Below are positions 12,451 to 23,417 of a stretch of DNA of 64,000 nucleotides, in pieces; the first letter of the stretch is position 1, and each line of letters starts with the position of its first letter. The position numbers were made by a program, and so were the translations under genes. Source of the DNA: Camelus dromedarius (taxonomy: Eukaryota); NCBI RefSeq assembly GCF_036321535.1, contig NC_087437.1, positions 4,092,001-4,156,000 of the forward strand, written 5' to 3'. Below the pieces are notes generated by a model. The model was not told the DNA's origin. It was given only the letters and a program-made list of their open reading frames with translations, and ran no database searches.

Positions 12451-12699
12451 GGAAAGGGGGTGGGAAGGATAAACTGGGACTTTGAGAGTTGCAGATACTA
12501 ACTACTATGCATGAAATAAATAAACAACCGGTTTCCTCTGTACAGCGCAGGGGACTGTGTTCAATATCTTGTAGTAACCTACGAAGGAAAAGAGCATGAA
12601 AAGGAATCTATGTGTGTACACGTATGACTGAAATACGATGCTGTGCACCAGAGATTGACACAACATTGTAAACTGACTGGACTTCAATTAAAAAAAAAA
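12451..12699 (+). mobile_element. Short L1 3' end with a 13-bp TSD beside the VWA3 donor site
   Basis: TSD aaaaggcaaggcc (12438-12450) and aaaaggcagggcc (12700-12712); poly-A tail. Confidence 0.88.
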
Positions 12700-12726
12700 A
12701 AAAGGCAGGGCCACCCCTTCCCCTAC

Positions 12727-13287
12727 CTTCTTCAGCACAGATCTCCTGAACAACCTGGTTTCTGATGTCTTTCAAAGCGTCAAAGTCGTGCACGTAGTAC
12801 ACCCGCTTGTCCTCGCCCGCGATCTGGCGCAGCTGCGTCTGGTTCGCGTCCTTGACCCCGACGGCGTAGACGTGGACCAGCTCCTGCCTCAGTCTCTCCG
12901 CGGGCTCGGCGACGCTGTCGTGGGCCGCGCCGCTGGTCAGGACCACCAGGTGGCAGGGCACGCGGCCTCCCCGCTGCCGCTTGGCCTTCTGCAGGAGGCC
13001 CAGGGTCAAATTCAGGGCGGCACCCGTGTTGGTCTTCCCCCCCATCTGCCGGATGTTGTCGATGGCCTTGCCCACGTCGTGCTTGTTCGTGTACTTGCTG
13101 ATGTCAAACTCCAAGTCCCCGCGGTCGGCGTACTGCACGGCCCCGACCCGCACCTTCTGGGGAGCGATGTTGAACATTCCTACGACCTCCGACAGGAAGG
13201 TTTTCATCTCCTGGAAGTCAGTGGCCTGGACGCTCCTGGAGCCATCGATGAGCAGATAGATGTCTGCTTCCTCCGTGTCCGCGCAAC
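12727..13287 (-). CDS. COL6A6: COL6A6 exon, VWA domain 3 (561 nt, phase 1-1)
   Basis: ttgcag|GT TGC GCG GAC ... GAA GAA G|gtaggg; encodes CADTEEADIYLLIDGS...VQEICAEE. Confidence 0.96.
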
Positions 13288-14054
13288 CTGCAAGGCAACC
13301 CAAGACTGAGCGAGGCACCGGGGCCAGTGTGACCGAGAAGCAGGGCAGGCAGGGAGGAAACCAGTCCCAGCCTCTGCAGACAGCAAAGTGGGACAGAGCT
13401 TCTCGGGAAGAAAGACCCACTCTGCTGGCTGGAGCCACGGGATCTTGGCGCTGGGCAGGCCGAGTGAAGCGTTTCAGGCTGTTTAACATGGCTGGCGTTA
13501 ATTCTCCACCCACAATCTGGACAGTCAAAGATGAGAAAGAAAACCTGAAGATGCTTTTTATCAGTCACTTCTCTTATCGGCAAAAGAGTCAAGTGGGGTG
13601 TTGTGAACGAGAGGAGGTATTTAGCTGGATGTTGTGGGTAGATGCGTGCTCTTTCTTGAAATCTTGAACCAAGGGTTTACTCCTCATCCACTCCTAGTCA
13701 ATTAACACGACTAGGGGGCTTGTCAGTGGCCTTATTCATGTCAGACGAGGACAATTTTATAGTCAACATACAGGGGAACCTGCCAGGAAAGAGAGAAAAA
13801 AAAGTGCAGGGAAGGGGGAGAAACAAAAGGAAGGTATTTGGGGGGCTGAGAAATCATGAAAATCTAATTAAAGCTGCACACAAGAGGAAATAAAAAGGGA
13901 AACCCCTTCTCCCCAGGCCAACACCTCAATAGCTCTTACTCTATCCAACTTCACCCTTCCTATTATCCAGTTAAAGTTAAAAAAAAAAAAAAAAAAAAAC
14001 CCAAACTAGGAACTCACTCTCCAGCCTTTCTGTAGACAGAACACCTGACAGACA

Positions 14055-15000
14055 AGATTGTCATTTTAAGTGATATAAGCCAGAAAATGAAAGAAAAATG
14101 CCATTATGAGATCACTTATGTGTGGAATCTAAAAAAAAACAAAGACACACCCTACTTCAAAAAGACACCTGCACCCCAATGTTCATAGCAGCACTATTTG
14201 TAATAGCCAAGACATGGAAACAGCCTAAATGTCCATCAGTGATGACTGGATAAAGAAGATGTGGTGTATTTATACAATGGAATACTATTCAGCCATAAAA
14301 ACCAACAACATAACGCCATTTGCAGCAACACACGCATTCCTGGAGAATGTCATTCTAAGTGAAGTAAGCCAGAAAGAGAAAGAAAAATATCACATAAGAT
14401 CACTCATATGTGGAATTAAAAAAAAAAAGAACATAAATACAAAACAGAAACAGACTCATAGACATAGAATACCAACTTGTGGTTGCTAAGGGGGCTGGGG
14501 GTGGGAAGGGACAGACTGGGATTTCAAAATTTGTAGATACTGACAGGCATATGCAGAATAAACAAGATTATACTGTGTAGCACAGGGAAATATATACAAG
14601 ATCTTGTAGCTCACAGTGAAAATAAAATGTAACAATGAATATATGTACGTTCATGTATAACTGAAAAATTGTGCTCTACACTGGAATTTGACACAACATT
14701 GTAAAAGGATTACAACTCAATTAAAAAAAATTAAAAAAAAAAAAAGAGGACACAAATTAACTTATCTACAGAACAGAAACAGACTCACAGAAAGAACAAT
14801 CTTATGGTTACCAAGAGGTAAAGGGAGTGGGAAGGGATAAATTGGGAATTGGAAAATTTGCACCCCTTGGGGAGTGATGGAAATGTTAGCTGTCTTGATT
14901 GTGCTGGTGGTTGCATGGGTGTCTACATCTATCAAAATTCACCAAGTTGTACATCTGAAATGTGTGTAGTTTACTGTGCAGGAACCGAATCACAATAAAG
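14055..15000 (+). mobile_element. Nested L1 3' fragments (inner young L1 about 14150-14745, plus an older L1M-type terminus about 14870-15000)
   Basis: L1 ORF2 C-terminal peptide ([18 protein letters not shown]) and two 3'UTR types. Confidence 0.85.
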
Positions 15001-15061
15001 GGGTAAAAAAGAGAGAGAGAGAGAAAGGCTGGGAAGAATCCTTCTCAGCAAAAGGCTTTAC

Positions 15062-15682
15062 CGGATTTGAGGGTTGCCGTCCGCTCCGAGACCACAGAGA
15101 CAGTGTGTGTGATCTGGTTCCGCAGCTTCTTCAGGAAGGTCTGGTTGTGGGCTGCCAGGTCGGAGAAGGTTTTCAGTTTGGAGACGTATTGCTCAGCAGG
15201 GTGAGATGCTATCTTCTCCAGCTGGGCATCACTGGCCCCCTCGATGCCCATGGTGAAGATGGTCACCCCCTGGCGCCGGAGGCTCGCGGCCGCCTTGGTC
15301 ACGTTGTCCTCTGATGGGTGGTGGGTCACCAGCACGGCGATCTGCGGGACCCCCTGATTCTTCCGACTGCCGTTCTGTGCGCTAAAGACCTCCTTCCGGA
15401 CCTTTCTCAAGGCGGCTCCAGTGTAGGCCTTCCCAGCCTGGGGAGAGAGGCTCTGGATGTCCCGGAGCACCACCGACTTGTTGACGCCCCGGCTCAGGGG
15501 GTTGATCACCTTGGTCTCGTTGCTGTAGGCCACCAGGCTGACCCGCATGCAGTGCTCCCTGACGTCCAGCGCAGACACACTTTCCTCCAGGAACTCTCGA
15601 AGATAGTCAAAGTCCTCCCAGCTGCCGTTGACGGACACATCCAATAGGAACACGACGTCAGCGACGGAGGGGCCTTGGCACA
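15062..15682 (-). CDS. COL6A6: COL6A6 exon, VWA domain 2 (621 nt, phase 1-1)
   Basis: cccgcag|TG TGC CAA ... AAA TCC G|gtaaag; encodes CQGPSVADVVFLLD...TATLKS. Confidence 0.96.
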
Positions 15683-16442
15683 CTGCGGGCAAGAAGGAGC
15701 AAACATGCAGTTTCAGCAGGAGGGGCAGCGTCTCCGCTCAGCTTTCGGAGGCACAGAGCTTCGCTGAGATCTGCTCTGATTAAAGTGGATCTGTGATGGA
15801 AACAGTCACATGTGAGCATCAGAAGACCTTCTAGCCTGCCTGATGCATGATATCTGTGGTTCTGAAAAGCCAAAGGACAAAGACATTTAAAACAAGAAGG
15901 GGTTCTGTCTGTGGCAGGGGTGTGGGTGTACGCATGTAAGTAAAGGTGGCAGCGGATAACTGAGAACTTGTTGACAGGTGACTGAGAATGGTCGGGGGTG
16001 TGTGTGTATGAAAGGCTCATCAGTTCTGAGCAATGATGAAAAGGGTTTACCACTGACCTTCATAACTATGAAGCTTTCTTCTGCACTCGATCTGAGCTCA
16101 GAATTAGAATGAAAAAAAAAAAAAAAGGCACAGAGAATTCAACTAGAGCTTGGCTATGCCCTTAAACAAGGAAGTAAGTGTATCAGATGAAAACAAAGCT
16201 GAGATCAGCAGGTCCTGGGTTCAAATACTGGATCCTAGCTAAACTCCCAGCTTCAATTTCTCCATCTGTAAATATAGTTAACAATGATATTGATCTCACA
16301 GAGCTGTCATTTGTCATGGGGATTAAATGAGACAATGTGCTTCATGTGGGATTTGGCACAAAAAAGCCCCTCCACAAACAGAAGCCACGGTTACTGTATT
16401 AAAATCACTATTAAAATCATCAGTTATCGTCCAAACATTCTT

Positions 16443-16591
16443 TTTTTTTAATTACTTTTTTTAATTTTGGCAGGAGGGAGAGGTAACTAGGTTTATTTAT
16501 TTCTAGAGGAGGCACTGGGGATTGAACGCAGGGCCTCGTGCATGCTAAGCAAGCGCTCTACCACTTGAGCTGTACCCTCCCCTCCCATATA
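16443..16591 (-). mobile_element. tRNA-Ala-derived SINE with a 14-bp TSD
   Basis: TSD gtccaaacattctt at 16429-16442 and 16592-16605. Confidence 0.9.
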
Positions 16592-16864
16592 GTCCAAACA
16601 TTCTTAAGGGATGGTCATGGAACAGCAACTGACGTTCCAATATTTTCTTTGGACATAGGCTCATAATAGGATCCATATTTTCAGAGAGCCCCACAAGCAA
16701 ACTGTTCTCTGTTGGGGATAATTAAATACGTTATTTAATTCAAACTGACTTAACGTGAGTTTCCTATGTCACTTCTTTGGCCTTGTACACTTGGAGCAAA
16801 TTGTGTTTTTTATTGGCTCTCTCCTTCCTCTCTCTTGAATGATGTTCATAAACTCTTGGCCATT

Positions 16865-17007
16865 CTTTTTCTTTTTTTTTTTAAGATTTTTTTGGGGGTA
16901 ATTAGGTTTATTATTTATTATTATTTTTAATGGAGGTGCTGGGTATTGAACCCAGGACCTCGCGCATACTAAGCACATGCCATACCCCTGAGCCATACCC
17001 TCCCCCC
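16865..17007 (-). mobile_element. tRNA-Ala-derived SINE
   Basis: Poly-T followed by the reverse-complement SINE consensus. Confidence 0.85.
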
Positions 17008-17626
17008 GTCTTGGTTGTTCCTGTTAAGAGAATAGTACAAGAGGACCCACCAGGACAGCAGGTGGGGGTGGAGCAGAACACAGGGAAGCTCAGTTAGAGC
17101 AGAGCTGCAGGAAGCAGGCAGCGTGGGGCTGACAGGACACAGGCAGAGCCCCGACTCTGGACTGCAGCCTGGCCCCGGGCAGAGTCACATCACCTCTAAG
17201 AGCACCTGCCTGCAGGTTCCTCTCTGCAGAACAGGCATTTGAACTGCCTGTTTCTTGTTGTTTCGAGCTCTGACACTCTGTGGCGACATTCTGTGGCTTT
17301 AGGAGTCAAGTATTCCTTTAGGAGCAAATTCACCTTTTAAATGAACCAGAAATAAAACCACGCGGTAACTGAAGGGCAGGGAAACAGCTCTGATAGCTGG
17401 GGGCAGGGAGGAGGCGTCCCTGAATTTGAAGGAGCCTGTGAATGACGGGCAACATGGTTAGTGAAACACAGGAAACCAAGACTGACCAGGTCACTGGGTT
17501 TTAAATGGGTCCTCGCCAACATTTAACATCCAAACACGCAGCTCCGCTTTTGGGGAACGGATATGCACACGCATCTTCCTGAAGCATCTGATCATGCTCA
17601 TCCCTACACACGCACCCCAGACCTAC

Positions 17627-18214
17627 CTTCCACAAGGATGTCGTTGACAGCTCCCTCCGTGGACTGAGCCGCCTCCTTGAGGATCTGCGTCATGTTCAGG
17701 GAGAACGCGCCAAGGTCTCGGACCGTGCGGAGGCGGTAGTGGAACTGGGCCGTGGCCACGGCCTTCAGGGTCTCCTCGGACACACTCTGCGTCCCCACGG
17801 AGACGATCCGCACCCCGTCTTTGCGCAGGGCCTCGGCGGCCTCTTCCACGGCATCCTCAGGCTCGGCCGAAGCCAGGACCACCAGGATCGGGGGAAACTG
17901 CTTCCTGTCCCTTCCGTTTGAGAAGTAGGTCCTGTGCGCCTCCCGGAGAGCGTTGCCCAGGCGCGGGGAGCCGCCCAGGAACCCGAAGTTCTTCTTGAGG
18001 TGGTTGAGCATGGGGCCCCGGCTCCTGAAGGCGCTGAGCTGGAACTCAGCGTGGAGCTCGTCGCTGTACTGGGCCAGCCCCACGCGGTACTTGTCCGCCT
18101 CTATGGGGAGGCTGCTGACCATCCTGCTGATGAACGTCTTCACCGGCGGGAAGGACTTCACTCCCAGGTGGTCGGAGCTGTCCACCAGGAACAGCACGTC
18201 GGCGTACTCAGGGC
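17627..18214 (-). CDS. COL6A6: COL6A6 exon, VWA domain 1 (588 nt, phase 1-1)
   Basis: ttgcag|GC CCT GAG TAC ... GAA G|gtaggt; encodes GPEYADVLFLVDSSDHLG...NDILVE; open frame; VWA fold motifs. Confidence 0.96.
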
Positions 18215-20492
18215 CTGCAAACCCACAGACCAGCAGAAACAGAACTAACTGTGAAAAAGTCCTGCCACGTTTAATGCCAACCGATGGGAGAGAACAGACT
18301 TTCACTTGTGTTTGTAGTAGCTCCCAAGGGACTGAAAATAAGGCGTATTCTCTCGAGAAAAATAAACACTTGATTCTCGGGCTCATGTTTTCCCCACGCT
18401 CTCCTACCTGAACCGATCACGAAATTAACTGTCACTCTTGTGAGAAATTAGTTACAAAGAGGTGAATATAGAGAAGTAAAAAAAAAAAAAAAGTGTTTTT
18501 ATACCTTTAGTGCATAATCTCCCCTTGTTTCTTTTTTCTTTCAGAGTTTGACCTCAATCTGTATCAAGGGGCTACAAATTTTAATTGAGAATCACATCAA
18601 GGTTTTTGAACCGGGAAATCTGAAAAACAGCCTTTCAACTGTGATCGCCATTCAAGAGAGCAACAAGTGACCTGGTTGATTTATAAACATATTAGCTTTG
18701 TATTCCAAAGAGCCAAATTGATGACAGTTTATAAAACCCTAAAAATCATAAATACAGGGTTGCCCTAATCTATTTTAAAGCCACATACAATATTTTTTGA
18801 TGAGACATGAGTATTATAATTGGTGAACTGATTCCCACATATGTAAAATGTAATAGAAAACAGGATACCTTCAGCCAGGAAAGGGATTATGGTTTAAGTT
18901 GCTGTTAAAAATGGAAGTTTTATGTAGGAATACAGTACTTGGCCACACTCTGAAGGCTTCATTCGATGCCAGATTCAAGGCTAGGGACATACTTTTATGT
19001 AACAGAATCATTCGGTTCGAGCACAAAATGTCATTAGCTGGTGGTCAGTCTTCTGGTTTGAATTTAGAGCTTTCATCATCAGATCCATTTCTTGTCCAGG
19101 AAAGGGAGGGAAGTACTCGTGTGTGTCTGGATACTATACATTTAAGAAAACACAGTGTAAATTAACAAGTAGTGGGAGTCTTAATTTGGTTATCAGCGAA
19201 TTCTTCCAGCTCCGTCAAGCCATTCAATACACTTGGGCCTCAGTTTCCTCACTTTTAAAATGAGTAGATTCAACTAGCAAATATCTAAGGTTCCTTCTTA
19301 CTCTGAGATTCTGATTATCTACAATGGTTATTAGATAAATTCTAATTCCACTAAAAGAACTTCAGTCTCTTCTGGTCTACAGCTACTAGCAAACCAGCTT
19401 TGACACCCCTGTGTTATTTCATTCTCTTTATAGCAGTCTGATCGAGGCAAAGTGGATACAGTCATTCTTTTCTTCTACATGACCTCATTTCAACTACTTT
19501 GAGATTCCTTTGATGATCAGATAGCCGGCAGCATCTCAGGGGGGAAACTCAGCGTGGAGGAATTCACATCTTTCGCCAAGAGAAGGCTGGAACCCCTCTG
19601 AGGTCTGCCAGGTGAGCCCCACCCATGATGGCTTGACTTGCGACCTCAAGTGACCCTTCTATTCATGGACAGACCTCCACATCTTGTGTGGAGAAAAGAA
19701 GTGTGGCCACGGCCCCGCGAGGCAGATACAGGTTCTGATCAGGCCCAGTGCCATATCTGAACCAGGAAACCATTGAGGGAAAAGCATTCTCTCTTTAAAA
19801 AGCTTAACATCAGGCCTAGTGAGACATCAAAGGAAGATGTCTGCAGGGTAAAGTCGAGTTCATCTCTTGCTTCCAAGGTCAGAGTCTTGGAGAATACTGG
19901 AAAGGGCTATCTAGGTGGCCTTGGACATGAAGTAACCAGTGTAAGAACCGACTCTTACCCTGGTGGCAGCAGTGAGGGTGAGGCCACAATCGTGACGTCA
20001 AGTCCACGGGACACAGATGGATGACAGGCAGTAGACAGCTATGGTGCCCTCTCTTCAGGGTCAAAGCACTTTCTTTACAATTAGCAGACACATAGTTTCA
20101 ACCGGAGGAAAATCTGGATGCTTAACGAAGGCAATGTTTTGGCACAAATGAATGAGAAAGGGACAGTTCAGTTTTTCCAGGCTTGAAACTAATATTGAGA
20201 GAATTTTCTTGCAACCTCCCAGAAGACCTCAAAGGAGTTGAAACTGAGGACAAAAAACCACCTCTCATCTCTCCCTATTATTAACAAGGAGTAAGGTCCA
20301 GAAACAAATGATCTTTAAAGGAACACGGGGTGACACCGAAAGAAACTGAGCTGCTGCTCCCATCCTAAACATCGACAAAATCAAAACAAAGCAAAACAGA
20401 ACTCCTAACTTTTAAGCAAGTCAAACTCAGAGATTATCTATTTTCCATCATGAAAATGAAATAATTTTTTTAAGGTTTTTTTTTTTCCTTAC

Positions 20493-20559
20493 CAGAATGT
20501 TGGTTGATGGAAACATGGGAACATACGATCACGAGGAACAAAATCAGCAGCATTTTCAT
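20493..20559 (-). CDS. COL6A6: COL6A6 first coding exon, signal peptide MKMLLILFLVIVCSHVSINQHS(G)
   Basis: The reverse complement reads ATG AAA ATG CTG CTG ATT TTG TTC..., a hydrophobic leader ending G|gtaagg (phase 1). It splices in frame to GC CCT GAG TAC (GPEY) at 18214 and resembles the human COL6A6 N-terminus as I recall it (MMLLILFLVIICSHISVNQDSGPEYADV). It is too short to appear in the ORF track. Confidence 0.93.
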
Positions 20560-20590
20560 ATTATAACCTGAAACGTCGCCAACTGGAAAT
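20560..20590 (-). other. COL6A6: 5' UTR part of the first coding exon, preceded by a splice acceptor (implies an upstream non-coding exon)
   Basis: Minus strand reads ttatatttttgccttttcag|ATTTCCAG...ATAAT ATG, a polypyrimidine tract plus CAG ending 31 nt before the ATG. Confidence 0.75.
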
Positions 20591-21978
20591 CTGAAAAGGC
20601 AAAAATATAAACATCGAAAATTGTTGTGGGTATTATCTGGAAATCAAGTCTCACACATGTAAGAGCACACGAAATTATATAATCAATTGAATGCAATAGG
20701 AAACAAGGAATTTCTGAGGTTCCCTGACCGTTTGGATCTGTGAAGGGCCTTAGAGAAAAATGAACCACTAGCATTTACAGACTCACTCAAGTTGCTCGTG
20801 GACTGCAGACCCTGCAGAAACATGAGATTTTGGATTGTCAGTGGCAGCCACCAGATGCATTTTGGTTCTACCAAGATTACGTGCTCCTAGTCATCCTTTT
20901 CCCTGTATCCTAATGTCACCCTCTGCCCACTCACTGCCAAGACAATTCAGAGTTCACAGCCAGGACACAGTGGAAGACCTGGTCTGTAATTTCTCCATCA
21001 TGAATACGTGGGTGTGTTTCCTATCTGAGAAATATTTTGAGATGCGGTCCGAATTCTGTTTTCTCCTTTTCCTGCATGAGGATGAAGTTCACATTTCCCT
21101 TTATTCCTAAATTTGAGAGAAGGCATAAAAAATAAGCAGCCACCCTTCATCTTCCATACAATGCCTTGTTCCTTGGAATGACTCAGTTTGAATCCCTTGG
21201 CTTCCAACTACCTAAAACTGCACGAAGCAACTTTCCCAATCCTAGTTTGACCTGAAGCATTTTCAGCCACATTGAATTATCCATCTCACGGGATAAAATA
21301 GGCTGATGATATTGATAATAAATATTTTCATTAAGCAGGTTGGGCTCATCCATTCACTCATTCAATCCCTGGAATGAAAAATAAATGGATCTATATGAAT
21401 AAACCAGTATCTCTGTTTCTGGCTTAATTCTTACCCAAACATATACTTGAGAGATACAGCTGCCTCGTCCCTTGTAAGGCTCCTGTTGAGTAATATTGCA
21501 CACTTTCAGAAACGGGATGCTGGCCATGAAAAATTCCATCCCCATTTCCTCACCTGCTCCATCATCCCTCTGACATTCTGGAATTTGGGACTCTGTTCTG
21601 TTCCTTCATAAGAAGCCTGGATGTTGCAAACTTTTTGGGCTCTGAGTCAACGTATCAATCCTGTTTCAGAGGAAATCAGTGAGCTGGAAGAGACCCTTAA
21701 GAGGTTGTTTTTAGCCCAATATTTCATTTTAGAGGACCTTTAGTCCCCGAGTGGATTGCCCAAAGTTAAAACCAAGTCCCACTTATCTGTACAAATTTCC
21801 TCCTAAAGTGTGTAAGAATAACAAGTTCTACCATTTGGGGAGATGTGACCGTGGGCCATCCTCCATGCTAATATCTTCATCCTTGTCCTCCTGTTTGATA
21901 CTGACAGTCATGAAAGGCATTTTCACACACTGAGATATAGGGAAGGTACCCTGGCTTATACATGAATTTGCTTGAATT

Positions 21979-22475
21979 TGTGAATGAAAATACTGCAAAC
22001 CATATCAGTAAACAAAAAATGCTGAAGCCATCAAGTCATCAGCCGCTGCCACCCCCCCACCCCAACCAGGGAAGACAAGCCTGTAGCCCGGCCTCTGCAG
22101 CCACTCACAGTGGTGCCCTCTGAGGGGACTCAGAACAAGAAAGGACAGGACACTGGCCCTAGATTGCTAGCCGCTTGTCAAAGGAATGAATTCAGTGAGC
22201 CCAAATGTTTGCCCCCTCCTATATATAGAAAAGCACTAAATTCTTTAACTTGAAGTGTCTGGTTTTCTTCAGTTAACAAATCATCTTTTAATGTTTTGAC
22301 TACCTGGTGTTTGTTGTAAAGCTCCTATATATCCTGGCTCCTCCCCTACCTCTCTGGAGCAGTGCCTCAGAGCGATCTGAGAGGCTGTCATCCTGGGCTC
22401 GAGTCCTCAGAAATGTCCACCAAATAAAACATTACTCTCAACTTTTAGGCTGTGCATTTTTTATTTCAGTCGACA
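21979..22475 (+). mobile_element. Solo LTR, ERV1-type (4-bp TSD)
   Basis: TG...CA ends (tgtgaatg...gtcgaca), TSD aatt on both sides, TATA-like tatatag/tatat motifs and AATAAA near the 3' end. Confidence 0.8.
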
Positions 22476-22482
22476 AATTTTA

Positions 22483-22915
22483 TGCTAACAAAAATAGCCT
22501 GTTCGTGGTCTATCAAACATACATTGTACATTGGCTTCAATTATAAAAGGGCAAATTGACCAGAAGTAAAGAATGTTCATGTTGAAAATAAAGATTAAAT
22601 TCCTCTCTTCCTGGGACGTGAATGCTGGTCCTCCCTTGATGATAAGACTCCTCTCCCAGGTGCCAAGGCCACACTGACTCACCGCGTATGTGCAGCTTTG
22701 TTTTTTCTTTTTTTTAATCTTGAAGAAACGTATTCCTGACTCACTCATGTTTCTCTGTTCTGACAAGATGTAAAACCGCTGGAAACCCTGCTTCTCCCAG
22801 CAGTGCCTCAGAGTCACCTCAGAGGCCATCCTCGGGGTTACAGACCTCAGCTTGGCTCAGACAAAACTCTTTTGTATTCTTACTATTGATTGTTTATTGA
22901 TTATTTTTGTCGACA
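22483..22915 (+). mobile_element. Second, related ERV1-type LTR immediately downstream
   Basis: Ends ...tttttgtcgaca and shares cagtgcctcagag...tcctcag-type motifs with the previous LTR. The TSD was not resolved. Confidence 0.65.
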
Positions 22916-23417
22916 ACAGCAACCTAGATGCAGGTCATACTAATGTTTCTATTTTGCAGATCAGGAAATAGAGAGTCATAAAGGAGACTGTGACTCATGG
23001 TCCCACAGATACAATGGGCCACAGGTAAGATGAGAGGCCACATCTGTCTGAGTCTAACATATGGATCGCCAAGCTCAGCTCCTCTGCGTCCCAAACTCAG
23101 CATTATGAACGCAAAGAGTGTCTCCAAGTTTCCGGGTTCTGTGTCTTTTTTTCTAAGTATTAGGAGATACTGGCACTCGTTTTCATGCCTTTTTATTTTT
23201 GCTTTCCAAAACCAAGACTTTAGGCTGTGCACATCTTTTTTTTTTTTAATAAACATCTTTATTGTTGTATGACCTCTTTTCTGTCTACACTATGAGCTTT
23301 TTAAGTGAGTGCTATCTTTAGGAGAGAGAAAGGAGAAGAGGTTTTAGGACGTTCCATAGGATAAACTCCAAAGGTGGGGAGAAAATGGTACTGAATGGAA
23401 GTTAGCACCTGGATTGA

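Noticed and set aside
13100..13123. alphaVbeta6-type RGDLxxL motif
   Set aside because: The sequence is RGDLEFD. The final position is Asp, so only the plain RGD is supported.
12608..13528. 306-aa, 262-aa and 260-aa minus-strand ORFs as stand-alone single-VWA genes
   Set aside because: The extensions run through clear splice sites into intron. The true coding parts splice in frame as one COL6A6 gene.
3936..18411. Long plus-strand ORFs overlapping the VWA exons (e.g. 3936-4430, 6945-7547, 10921-11553, 12788-13309, 17953-18411)
   Set aside because: They are antisense shadows of GC-rich coding exons, where stops are rare, and have no recognisable protein features.
20567..20570. Alternative acceptor gtttcag 8 nt before the ATG as the main exon start
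   Set aside because: It has a poor polypyrimidine tract compared with the site at 20590. It is possible only as a minor site.
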